Origin: Deinococcus sp.
GTDB taxonomy: Bacteria; Deinococcota; Deinococci; Deinococcales; Deinococcaceae
Assembly: GCF_031359855.1 (NCBI RefSeq)
Contig: NZ_JANMAR010000165.1
Location: forward strand, 1-45,395
Direction: 5' to 3'
DNA length: 45,395 nucleotides
Shown: in pieces, positions 27,130 to 35,777 of the stretch
Numbering within the stretch: the first letter of the stretch is position 1
Layout of the letters: each line of letters begins with the position of its first letter
Notes under the pieces: generated by a model
The model's input: the letters and a program-made list of their open reading frames with translations, nothing else
The model's database searches: none
Told to the model about the DNA's origin: nothing
Position numbers and translations under genes: made by a program

Positions 27130-27636
27130 ATGCCGCGCAGCATAGTGCCGGCATGGTGCCGGCCGCCAATGAACGCGGGCAGGACGTCCAGCCGGTTGCG
27201 GGCCGCGGCCTGTCCGGCGGCGGTGCTCATCAGCGCGGCCCGGGGCCGCATGCCGACCCGCACGAGTTCCAGCCGATCCGCTTCCCAGCACGCCCCGATG
27301 GTCGGATCGGCCGAGACGTGGCCTCGTTCGTGGCCGTGGCAGGCCAGCGCCAGCACGTCCACTTGGGCGTCTCAGGGGCAGGCGGGGACGGTACTGCCGG
27401 ACGAGGGCCGCCCCACGCGCGCCGTGGCCGATGTCGTAACCCTCGTCCTCACGGGCAGCGTCGTAGAACACGGCGAAACAGCGGCAGACGTCGATATCTC
27501 CGCCGCTCAGTTCGGCCAGCCGGACGGCATGTGCTTCGACCTTCGCCCAGTGGGCCGGGCCGTGCAGGCCGTGAGCGCCCAGAGTGAAATTCTCGGCCAG
27601 TTCGGCCCGGATGGCGTGGAAGACCGTGTCGGACAT
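27114..27636 (-). pseudogene. Frameshifted HD-domain-like protein
   Basis: N-half HGPAHW...FAVFYDAARED...HGARGA and C-half DAQVDVL..AC.GH..G....DPTIGACWEADRLEL.RVG are in different frames. Shift at about 27372. Confidence 0.75.
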
Positions 27637-27704
27637 GGAGAATCATGTTAGGGCGCGGCCCTGCCTGACCACTGCCCTGTCCATTCCCATCCCTTGCTTC
27701 GCCG

Positions 27705-27713
27705 TGTTATACT
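27705..27713 (+). promoter_or_regulatory. Extended -10 promoter for rpmF
   Basis: TGtTATACT about 95 nt upstream of the ATG. Confidence 0.6.
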
Positions 27714-27806
27714 CCCGGCTGTTGTCTCGCCCGACTGTCACCGACGGGGGTTGAGCAGAAAAAGCCCCGGCCAGCGCGCCGAGCGGCCCCTGCAAGGAGA
27801 AAGACC

Positions 27807-27989
<183 letters not shown>

Positions 27990-28009
27990 GGACGCCTCCC
28001 GTGTGAACG

Positions 28010-28035
28010 AAGCTCCCCGCCGTGGGAGCTTTTTT
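28010..28035 (+). terminator. Intrinsic terminator
   Basis: AAGCTCCC-cgccgt-GGGAGCTT followed by a T tract. Confidence 0.85.
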
Positions 28036-28107
28036 CATGGCGGGGGGGGGCAAGGCCGGCCCGCCCCGCTGGACGCCCCGGCGGGCACGGGCGGTATCTT
28101 CGCGGGC

Positions 28108-29343
28108 ATGACCCTGACCTTTGAAGACAAGCTCCGCAACTACGCGCGGCTGGCCGTGCAGGTCGGCCTGGGCGTGAAACCTGGCCAGCGCGTGCTCGTG
28201 CAGGCCCCAGTGGACACCGCCCCCCTGGCCCGGCTGGTCGTGCGCGAGGCCTACGCGGCGGGCGCCAGTTTCGTGGACGTCCGCTGGGACGACGACGACG
28301 TGATGCTGGCCCGCTTCGAGCTGGCCCCGGACGGCACCTTCGAGACCCTCAGCCAGTGGCGGGTCGACGCGGAACTGGAGACGGCGAACGCGGGCGGCGC
28401 GGTCATCGCCATCCGCGCGACCGACCCGAACCTGCTGGGGAAGGTCGATCAGGCGCGCGTGGCGACGTACCAGAAGGCACTCGCCACGTACCGCCGACCG
28501 TACTCGCAGCAGGTCATGACCAACCGCCTGAACTGGAACCTGATCAGCGCCCCCATTCCCGCTTGGGCCACCCTGATGTTCCCGGACGCCAGCGCCGAGA
28601 CGGCCGTAGAGCAGCAGTGGGACGCCATCTTCGCCGCGACCCGCGCTGACCAACCGAATCCCGTAGCGGCGTGGCAGGAGCATCTCGCGCACCTCAAGCG
28701 CCGCCGCGACACGCTGACCGGCAAGCAATACCACGCCCTGCACTTCACGGGCGGCGACACCGACCTGACCGTGGGCCTCGCGGACGGGCACAGCTGGGGC
28801 GGCGGCGCGGCTGACACGCCCGGCGGTATCACGTTCACCGCGAACATCCCCACTGAGGAGGTCTGGACGGCCCCGCACAGAGGGCGCGTGGACGGCGTGG
28901 TCGTGAGCACCAAACCACTGTCGTACCAGGGCGTGCTGATCGACGGTATCCGGATTCAGTTCAAAGGTGGGCGCATCACCAACGCCAGCGCCACGCAGGG
29001 CCAGGACGCCCTAACGCGCATGATCGCCACCGACGAGGGCAGCCACCGCCTGGGAGAGGTCGCGCTGGTGCCGGCGTCCAGCCCCATCAGCAGGTCTGGC
29101 CTGTTCTTCTTCAACACCCTGTACGACGAGAACGCTGCCAGCCACATCGCCATCGGCAGCGCGTACCGCTTCAACGTGCAGGGCGGCGTGGACATGACCC
29201 TGGACGACTTCCTGGCGGCCGGCGGCAACGACAGTCTGACTCACGTGGACTGGATGATCGGCTCTGCACAGATGGACGTGGACGGCGTCGCGAGGGACGG
29301 AAAACGCGAGCCAGTGATGCGCGCGGGCGAATTCGTGATCTGA
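28108..29343 (+). CDS. Aminopeptidase, M29 family (AmpS/AmpT)
   Basis: NIPTEEVWTAP, LGEVALV, LYDENAASHIAIG, NDSLTHVDWMIG. TATCTT-7nt-ATG. Confidence 0.95.
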   Translation: MTLTFEDKLRNYARLAVQVGLGVKPGQRVLVQAPVDTAPLARLVVREAYAAGASFVDVRWDDDDVMLARFELAPDGTFETLSQWRVDAELETANAGGAVIAIRATDPNLLGKVDQARVATYQKALATYRRPYSQQVMTNRLNWNLISAPIPAWATLMFPDASAETAVEQQWDAIFAATRADQPNPVAAWQEHLAHLKRRRDTLTGKQYHALHFTGGDTDLTVGLADGHSWGGGAADTPGGITFTANIPTEEVWTAPHRGRVDGVVVSTKPLSYQGVLIDGIRIQFKGGRITNASATQGQDALTRMIATDEGSHRLGEVALVPASSPISRSGLFFFNTLYDENAASHIAIGSAYRFNVQGGVDMTLDDFLAAGGNDSLTHVDWMIGSAQMDVDGVARDGKREPVMRAGEFVI

Positions 29344-29355
29344 GCCGTAGCCGAG

Positions 29356-29406
29356 AACGGAGGGCAGAGCGCCGAGAGCTGAACAGCTCTTGCCCTCTGC
29401 TCCGTT
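29356..29406. terminator. Hairpin between convergent genes (probable bidirectional terminator)
   Basis: AACGGAG.GCAGAG...AGAGCTG-aa-CAGCTCT...CTCTGCTCCGTT. Confidence 0.6.
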
Positions 29407-30127
29407 ACGGCAGCAGGTCCTCGTCCTCCACCAAGAAGTCCACGGCGCCGGAGCCGATCTCATAGTAGCCGCCGACCACGCGGATGCGGCCCTCGGTCTC
29501 AGCCTCACGGATCAGCGGGTGGTCGCGCAGCAGGGCGGCCTGGTGGCGGATGTTGTTCAGCACGGCCTCGCGCATGCGGGCCTTCTTGTCGCGGATGACG
29601 GGCAGGCCCTGCACGCTGGGCTGGATCTTGCGGATCAGGGCGCGCAGGTTCTCAGGTTCCTGCGCGATACGTTCCTCGGGCATCAGGGCGGCGGCCACGG
29701 CCCCGCAGCCCTCGTGGCCCATCACCATGATCAGGTGCACGTCCAAGTGCTCGATGGCGTACTCCAGCGTGCCCAGCCCAGCCTCGCCGACCACGTTCCC
29801 GGCCACGCGCACCACGAACAGCTGCCCCAGGCCCTGGTCGAACACCAGTTCCACCGGCACGCGGCTGTCGCTGCACGCCAGCACGGCGGCGTAGGGCGTC
29901 TGGCCCATGATGTGCGCACGGCGCTCGTTCGCGCCGATCTCCGGGCGGGCCACCTGCCCGCTGAAGAAGCGCGCATTGCCGTCCTTGAGGGCCTGGATGG
30001 CGGCCTCCGGGGTCTGCACGTCGGCGTCTTTGAGGTCGGCGATGTCCTCCATGCTGGCGCCGCGCCGGATGGCGTCCAGGATGCGGCGTTGCAGGTCAGC
30101 GGCGAGCAGTTCGGCGGGATCGTCCAT
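29405..30127 (-). CDS. Beta-class carbonic anhydrase
   Basis: Zn ligands CSDSR and [20 protein letters not shown]-7nt-ATG. Confidence 0.95.
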   Translation of the reverse strand: MDDPAELLAADLQRRILDAIRRGASMEDIADLKDADVQTPEAAIQALKDGNARFFSGQVARPEIGANERRAHIMGQTPYAAVLACSDSRVPVELVFDQGLGQLFVVRVAGNVVGEAGLGTLEYAIEHLDVHLIMVMGHEGCGAVAAALMPEERIAQEPENLRALIRKIQPSVQGLPVIRDKKARMREAVLNNIRHQAALLRDHPLIREAETEGRIRVVGGYYEIGSGAVDFLVEDEDLLP

Positions 30128-30164
30128 GGCCCGCATGCTAGCGGGCTTCCCGTATCCTGAGCCC

Positions 30165-30545
30165 ATGACTCCCGAGCACATGCCGGAGGACGCCCCCACC
30201 CTGAGCGACCTGCTGGAGCGTTACGCTATGCTGCGCGACACCATCCAGGGCTTGGAGGCCGAGCGCGACGAGCTGGGCACGCAGATCAAGGCGGCGCTGG
30301 GAGCTGGTGAGCATGCCGAGACCGACCTGTACCGCGCCGTGCTGAAGGTCTCGCGCCGTGTGGAGTACCCCCTTGACCGTTTCCGGGAGGTCTTCGGAGA
30401 TGCGGCGGCGCTGGAGGTCGCGGCGATCGATAAGAAGAGGGCCGACGCGCTGGCCCAGGCCGGCGATCTGGACGGCGACCGCCTGCGCGACCTGGCCGTG
30501 GTGAAAGAAACTCAGGCACTGGTGCTGCAGAGCAAGACGCGTTGA
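30165..30545 (+). CDS. Hypothetical protein with N-terminal coiled coil (126 aa)
   Basis: TATCCT-6nt-ATG, good codon usage, [27 protein letters not shown]. Confidence 0.8.
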   Translation: MTPEHMPEDAPTLSDLLERYAMLRDTIQGLEAERDELGTQIKAALGAGEHAETDLYRAVLKVSRRVEYPLDRFREVFGDAAALEVAAIDKKRADALAQAGDLDGDRLRDLAVVKETQALVLQSKTR

Positions 30546-30599
30546 GCGGCAACGAAAACACCCCGCCGGTGGGCGGGGCAACAGTGTGGGAATGAAAAA

Positions 30600-30701
<102 letters not shown>

Positions 30702-30745
30702 GCCCAGGACAATAGCACACGCCGCAGGATCTGCTGACCGGGCGG

Positions 30746-30758
30746 GTGGTGCTCGGGA
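30746..30758 (-). repeat. 13-bp direct repeat of the tRNA-Leu 3' end
   Basis: GTGGTGCTCGGGA occurs at 30746 and at 30848. Confidence 0.6.
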
Positions 30759-30810
30759 CGACACGCTGCGGCGGGGGTCGCTGCGCGGCCTGCACAAACC
30801 GTGGCCATAG

Positions 30811-30846
30811 AAAACGCCGGAACCCAGTAAAGGTTTCCGGCGCGTT
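30811..30846 (-). terminator. Intrinsic terminator of tRNA-Leu
   Basis: Minus strand CGCCGGAA-loop-TTCCGGCG-TTTT. Confidence 0.8.
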
Positions 30847-30847
30847 C

Positions 30848-30931
<84 letters not shown>

Positions 30932-30976
30932 AGCGGACGAGCAGGTACGGAGGGATCGCCCCTGGAGGCGAAAGCA

Positions 30977-31005
30977 ATACTAGGGGGGAGCCTGCGCACT
31001 GTCAA
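30977..31005 (-). promoter_or_regulatory. Sigma-70-type promoter of tRNA-Leu
   Basis: TTGACA-17bp-TAGTAT on the minus strand. Confidence 0.8.
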
Positions 31006-31045
31006 GCCGAGTGACCTCCTGCCTTCACTCAGCCGCTCCTGCATA

Positions 31046-31148
31046 TGGTATGTTCACGTTTGCCGCCGCAAGCGGTTCGGGCTGCCGATGGGCAGATTTT
31101 GCCGGGCTGCCGCGCGCGGGACATTCAGAAACACGGGAGAGGTTCATC
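31046..31148 (+). promoter_or_regulatory. rpsO extended -10 promoter and GC-rich leader (candidate S15 autoregulatory element)
   Basis: TGgTATGTT, then a roughly 88-nt leader with hairpins CCGC-aa-GCGG and CTGCC-gatg-GGCAG. Confidence 0.5.
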
Positions 31149-31424
<276 letters not shown>

Positions 31425-31439
31425 GTGACCCGAATTGCG

Positions 31440-31471
31440 AACCGCCGCCCGGTAACGGAGCGGCGGTTTTC
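31440..31471 (+). terminator. Intrinsic terminator
   Basis: AACCGCCGC...GCGGCGGTTTT. Confidence 0.8.
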
Positions 31472-31486
31472 ATGTCCGTCAGGTGG

Positions 31487-31945
31487 TCAGCGGTCACCCT
31501 CGGCAGGCAGGCCGCGCTCCGGCAGCGTGCGCCAGTCGCCGCCCGCCACGGTCACCGCGCCGGGCCGGGCCAGCCGGTCGGCGCGGGCGTACAGGTAGAC
31601 CCAGGCGGCCTCGTCGTGACCGTTCACGTGTACGGTCACGCGCTGGCGGGTGTACAGCGGCGGCGTTTCGTGCAGGCCCTCCAGGGCATCGAGGAAGGGC
31701 AGGGCGGTGGGCCACGCGGCCGGAGCGTAGGTCAGGATGTGGCCGGTCACGGTGTCGGACGGGTCGCCGGGGATCACGCCAGGGTAGGCCTCAGGGCGCA
31801 GGTCGATCAGGCGGTGGCCGCGCAGCGTGGCGGGGCGCGCATCGAAGGTGCCGCCCTGGCGGGCGACGTGTTCGTTGCGTTCGCCAGGCATCAGGGTGCC
31901 GTACACGAAGACAGCGGTCAGTGCGGGGGCGTCCGGGGTGGTCAT
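31487..31945 (-). CDS. Gamma-glutamylcyclotransferase (AIG2-like) family protein
   Basis: [30 protein letters not shown]. Confidence 0.92.
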   Translation of the reverse strand: MTTPDAPALTAVFVYGTLMPGERNEHVARQGGTFDARPATLRGHRLIDLRPEAYPGVIPGDPSDTVTGHILTYAPAAWPTALPFLDALEGLHETPPLYTRQRVTVHVNGHDEAAWVYLYARADRLARPGAVTVAGGDWRTLPERGLPAEGDR

Positions 31946-32012
31946 CGGGTCTGTTATAGCGGGCTGGGGTGTCCCACGGGCGATACGAGATTCCGGATTG
32001 CACCGACATCGC

Positions 32013-32155
32013 TCACTGCAGTAGCCAGATCACTTGAAGGTAGTGACCTTCAAGTGATCTGGAGCGAGCGGAGCGAGTCACCGCGATCGACAGCGGTTGG
32101 AGTGGAGGTGAAGGGGGTGCTGTTGACTCTTCAACTCCACGGAATACCGTTGTCA
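32013..32155 (+). repeat. 143-bp interspersed non-coding repeat (Deinococcus SNR/MITE-like), copy 1
   Basis: Colinear with 34855-34997. Internal hairpin CCAGATCACTTGAAGG...CCTTCAAGTGATCTGG; ends ...GGAATACCGTTGTCA. Confidence 0.9.
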
Positions 32156-32187
32156 GCGTTCCGCTGCGACGTCCTTGTGCGGCCTGC

Positions 32188-32880
32188 CTACAGCCGCTGG
32201 CCCTGCGGCTGATGGTAGTACACGCGGCCGACCACCGTGACCTCCTCGGGTTTCACGGGCGGGTGATCCGGGTTGTCGCTGGTGAGCCATAAGGCGGCAC
32301 CGAAGCGGCGCAACCGTTTGACGGCCAGGCCCAGGCCGGGCATGTGCAACACGTAGATGCGGCCCTCGCGCAGGTCGAGGTCGCCGGGGTCGATGTAGAT
32401 GCGGTCACCAGGGCGGATCCCGCCGGCCTCAGTGGTCATGGAGTCGCCGTTCACCTCTAACACCAGCATGCCGGGCCGGTGGTCGCGGGCGGGAACGAGT
32501 TCATGGTCGATGATGCTGGCGGTGTCCTCAGTGACGGGCAGCCCGGCGGTCGCCAGGGCGCGCACCGGTACGCGGACGAGTTCCAGGGTGCTCAGCACGT
32601 CGTCGCCGGGCGACGGGCCGAGCAGCGGAAGGCTGGTGCGGGCGACCCATTCGCTGGCGCTGATGTCCAGCGCTCGGCGCAGGGCGTCCTGCCGGGCGGG
32701 GGTCAGGGCGTGCAAGGTGCGCGTGCCGGCCTCCAGCCGACTCAGGTATGACTGGGTGATGTGGGCCCTGGGGCCGCCGTGCTCGCGGGTGGCGTCACTG
32801 ATTTCGCTCTGGCGCAGGCCCATGGAGGTGCGGTGGGCACGGAGCCACGCGGGCAGGGAAGGATCAGGGGCAGGCGACAT
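32188..32880 (-). CDS. XRE-family HTH + S24 peptidase repressor (phage cI / LexA-like)
   Basis: HTH LRAHRTSMGLRQSEI...ITQSYLSRLEAG, Ala-Gly cleavage site (ATAG), catalytic Ser (VNGDSM) and Lys (AVKRL). Leaderless TACACT-7nt-ATG. Confidence 0.92.
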   Translation of the reverse strand: MSPAPDPSLPAWLRAHRTSMGLRQSEISDATREHGGPRAHITQSYLSRLEAGTRTLHALTPARQDALRRALDISASEWVARTSLPLLGPSPGDDVLSTLELVRVPVRALATAGLPVTEDTASIIDHELVPARDHRPGMLVLEVNGDSMTTEAGGIRPGDRIYIDPGDLDLREGRIYVLHMPGLGLAVKRLRRFGAALWLTSDNPDHPPVKPEEVTVVGRVYYHQPQGQRL

Positions 32881-32929
32881 GCTGGGCAGTGTAGCTGGAG
32901 GGACACGTGAAGAATGAATACCACTCCAC

Positions 32930-32958
32930 TTGAAATATGCCTGCAGTCATACTACTCT
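32930..32958 (+). promoter_or_regulatory. Sigma-70-type promoter with a palindromic operator candidate in the spacer
   Basis: TTGAAA-17bp-TACTCT; the spacer contains TATGCCTGCAGTCATA (14 of 16 positions self-complementary). Confidence 0.7.
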
Positions 32959-33002
32959 TGGGTTCTGATTCCGCTCCCACCGTAATCAGTCTGGAGGCCA
33001 TC

Positions 33003-33362
33003 ATGTCCGACGCTGCCCCCCCCACCTCCGCCCTGCTGCTGTGGCTCCCCACCCTGGCCACCGCCTTCACCGCCGGCACCATCACGCAACTTGCCCGGCA
33101 ACTCGCCACGCCCGGCACGCTGCGCCTGCGCACCACGCTCGCGCTGGCCGTTGCCGCCGGAATCGCCGCGCTGAGCGTCGTCGCGCTGCTGGCCGTGACC
33201 ATCCCGGCCGACACCTCCCCGGCGCTGCTGCTCGCCGCCGCGTGCGTGACCGGCTGGAGCGGTCCCAGCATCCTGGGCCGGCTCGGCAGTCTGATCGAAC
33301 GCCGCCTGGGCCTGCCCAGCACGACCCAGCCCTTCGACCCGCCCGCCGACCCGCGACCGTAA
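33003..33362 (+). CDS. Small 3-TM membrane protein, phage holin-like (LydA-type resemblance)
   Basis: GGAGG RBS, 119 aa, three hydrophobic segments ending AACVTGWSGPSIL..L, charged C-tail. The ORF is well supported; the holin call is by resemblance only. Confidence 0.6.
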   Translation: MSDAAPPTSALLLWLPTLATAFTAGTITQLARQLATPGTLRLRTTLALAVAAGIAALSVVALLAVTIPADTSPALLLAAACVTGWSGPSILGRLGSLIERRLGLPSTTQPFDPPADPRP

Positions 33363-33366
33363 TGGT

Positions 33367-33553
33367 CATATGGACTCCGACCCCACCCCGCAGGATAGAG
33401 TTGCGCAGCAGAGAAGGAGCAAGTACGGGGTATCGGAGCGACCGAGCGTCCTCCCTGAGGGCTGTACCAGTCATGGGCACTGCCCTGGCCAAGAAGATTG
33501 AACGTACATCCGGTCCCCTCCCGGATGTACGGGCACCAGGCCGAGTCCGTATG
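33367..33553. repeat. Miniature inverted-repeat element (Deinococcus ATACGGA-ended repeat type)
   Basis: Terminal inverted repeats CATATGGACTC / GAGTCCGTATG, internal hairpin CGTACATCCGG...CCGGATGTACG. Confidence 0.65.
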
Positions 33554-33625
33554 GGTTTCCAAGTGAATGGGCCGGATGGAAAGGGACGCCACACACCCCG
33601 CGCGCCACAGCCCGCAGAATGCATC

Positions 33626-34843
33626 ATGAACGTCGAGTCAGCCCGTCCGGGGCGCACCGCACTGTCCGTCCGCCGCATGTCCCTGCTCGGTCTGACGCTG
33701 CTGCTTCCCTGCGTCGCGGTGGCCGCCGCGCCCACGGCCTTCCCACTGGCCCAGGGGAACACCGCTGCGACGCCGCCGTCCAGCACCAAGCCATCTTCGA
33801 GTCCAGCTCAGCGCCGCAGTCTCGCAGCCTCGACCCTGACGGACGCCGAGGACAGGATGCTGGCCGCGCTGTTCACCAAGGTGCGGCCCGCCACGCTGCG
33901 GATCGAGCAGTGCCCGCCCACCAACTGCGACTCCTCCGACGGAATCGGCACGGCCGCGCTGATCTCCGCCGACGGACTGGCCCTGACCGCATACCACGTG
34001 GTCGCCAAGGCCCGCGCGCTGAGCGCCCAGACGGTCGACAAGAAACGCTACGCGGTGGAGGTGCTGGGCTTCGACGAGCAGCACGACCTGGCGCTCCTGA
34101 AGGTCAACGTGCCCAGAGGCACCCCGTTCCTGACCCTGACGAGCCGCATGCCCAGTGTGGGCGATATCGAACTGGCGGTCGGCAATGGGAACGGCGCGTT
34201 CCTGACCTCCAAGACCGGCCGCCTGACTGCCCTGAACGCCGATGCCGGGCGTGCGGATTTCCCGCCGGGCACGCTGGAACTCGACGCGCCGCTGATTCCC
34301 GGCGACAGCGGTGGGCCGATCGTGAACGCCAAGGGCGAACTGGCCGGGATCGTGAGTTACATCCGGCTGGCAGGCGGCTCACGCACCATCAGCGCCTACC
34401 GCTCCTACGCGGTGCCCGTGACCGTGACCGACGCGCTGCTCGCCCAGCTCAAAAGCGGCGTCAAACAGGACGCGCCGCAGATCGGCGTGGGCCTCGCCCA
34501 GGCGTTCGACCCAGCATTCATGATGGACGCCGAGGGCTTCAAGATGCTCAGCGACATCCTGAAACTAGGCCCCACGCCCGGCGCATTCTTCACGAGTGTC
34601 AGCGCGGGCAGCCCGGCGGCGACGGCAGGCCTGAAGCCCCTGCGGCTGAACAGCGCCCAGGAGCGCGAATCGGGCGACATCGTGACCGAGGTGAACGGCA
34701 AGCGCGTGCTGAACTTCAGCGAGTTCCAGTACGCGGTGCGCTCGTACAAGGTCGGGGACACGGTCACCCTGACGGTGTTGCGCGACGGCAAGACACTGAA
34801 AGTGCCGCTCACGCTGACGGGCAGCACGAAGATCAACAACTGA
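33626..34843 (+). CDS. S1C (HtrA/DegP-like) serine protease with PDZ domain
   Basis: Triad TAYHV, DLAL, GDSGG; PDZ GSPAATAGL..GDIVTEVNG; signal peptide. Start uncertain (33626 or 33677). Confidence 0.92.
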   Translation: MNVESARPGRTALSVRRMSLLGLTLLLPCVAVAAAPTAFPLAQGNTAATPPSSTKPSSSPAQRRSLAASTLTDAEDRMLAALFTKVRPATLRIEQCPPTNCDSSDGIGTAALISADGLALTAYHVVAKARALSAQTVDKKRYAVEVLGFDEQHDLALLKVNVPRGTPFLTLTSRMPSVGDIELAVGNGNGAFLTSKTGRLTALNADAGRADFPPGTLELDAPLIPGDSGGPIVNAKGELAGIVSYIRLAGGSRTISAYRSYAVPVTVTDALLAQLKSGVKQDAPQIGVGLAQAFDPAFMMDAEGFKMLSDILKLGPTPGAFFTSVSAGSPAATAGLKPLRLNSAQERESGDIVTEVNGKRVLNFSEFQYAVRSYKVGDTVTLTVLRDGKTLKVPLTLTGSTKINN

Positions 34844-34854
34844 ACGGGAGGGTA

Positions 34855-34997
34855 TGACAGCGGGAGCCAGATCAGGTGAAGGTCACTCCCTTCAAGTGAT
34901 CTGGGGCGAGCAGAGCGAGTCACCGCGATCGACAGCGGTTGGAGTGGAGGTGTAGGGGGTGCTGTTGACCCTTCAACGTATTGGAATACCACTGTCA
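34855..34997 (+). repeat. 143-bp interspersed non-coding repeat, copy 2
   Basis: TGACAG...CTGTCA termini; colinear with 32013-32155. Confidence 0.9.
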
Positions 34998-35168
34998 GGC
35001 CGGAAAGCGCAGGACGACTCGCCAGCCTCGTCGTGAGGCGGGATTGAGAGGTTCGGCTGCCGTACAGGACAGTGTCGACACAGGTATCCCGGGCATCGCC
35101 GCAGGCTGTTTCCGACGTCTGGAACGTGATCGAGTGGATGCCGGACGACCAATTCTTAAGAACGCCTC

Positions 35169-35196
35169 TTGACAATTATGCTTAAAACAGAATAAT
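35169..35196 (+). promoter_or_regulatory. ddrD promoter with RDRM (DdrO operator) at 35176-35192
   Basis: TTGACA, then the 17-bp TTATGCTTAAAACAGAA matching the RDRM palindrome, overlapping the -10 AATAAT. ATG 6 nt later. Confidence 0.9.
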
Positions 35197-35202
35197 GCGG
35201 GT

Positions 35203-35670
35203 ATGGATACCCTGAAAAGAGCCGGAGCGATGCTCGCGCACCTCGACCTCTTCCACACCATGCTCGACCTGCGCAGCCTGCTGCAACTGGCCGCGCACAT
35301 GGAAGAACGCGGCGACCGGGTCACGCTGATCAGCGCCGACACCATCACCCTGGTCGGGCAGGGCATGACCAGCGAACCCAGCCTGAGCACCAGCAAGGGG
35401 GCCACCATCCAGGCCGCGACCGCGTACCGCGTGCTCCAGGGCCTCAAGGGCCACGACGCGCCCGAGTACGCCGTGACCCGCGAGGAACTGTCTGCCCTGA
35501 ATGCCCGCGCGGTCACGGAGCTGGAGTCCGGCGACGCCCTGCGCGCCTTCGCGGACACCCTGACCCGGATTACGGCGAGCAGCACGGCCAGCAGCGAGAC
35601 CACGCCGGAGCGGCCGGGCCGCACCCGCCGCATGACCGAGGGCGAGACTGCCGAAGCCCCGGCCGCGTAA
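35203..35670 (+). CDS. ddrD: DNA damage response protein DdrD (ssDNA-binding)
   Basis: MDTLKRAGAMLAHLDLFHTMLDLRSLLQLAAHMEERGDR...TSKG...APEYAV.RE.L.ALNARAV matches D. radiodurans DdrD as recalled. RDRM upstream. Confidence 0.9.
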   Translation: MDTLKRAGAMLAHLDLFHTMLDLRSLLQLAAHMEERGDRVTLISADTITLVGQGMTSEPSLSTSKGATIQAATAYRVLQGLKGHDAPEYAVTREELSALNARAVTELESGDALRAFADTLTRITASSTASSETTPERPGRTRRMTEGETAEAPAA

Positions 35671-35777
35671 CGACAGCACCACAGCAGCCGGAGCGTGGAG
35701 GAGCGGGTTTTCCACCTCTGGCTCACTGTTGTGCCCTGCTGCGTCCGCCCTTCATGATGGGCTGGCACACTGACGCG

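Noticed and set aside
26038-27636. A genuine 532-aa HD-ProB fusion enzyme
   Set aside because: The linker is out-of-frame sequence, the HD C-terminal half lies in another frame, and proB has its own start and -10.
32936-32951. RDRM (DdrO box) upstream of the holin-like gene
   Set aside because: Half-site spacing is one base longer than the 17-bp RDRM and the centre is GC-rich; treated as a separate operator candidate.
32188-34843. Intact prophage
   Set aside because: No integrase, replication, structural or endolysin genes; flanks are ordinary chromosomal genes.
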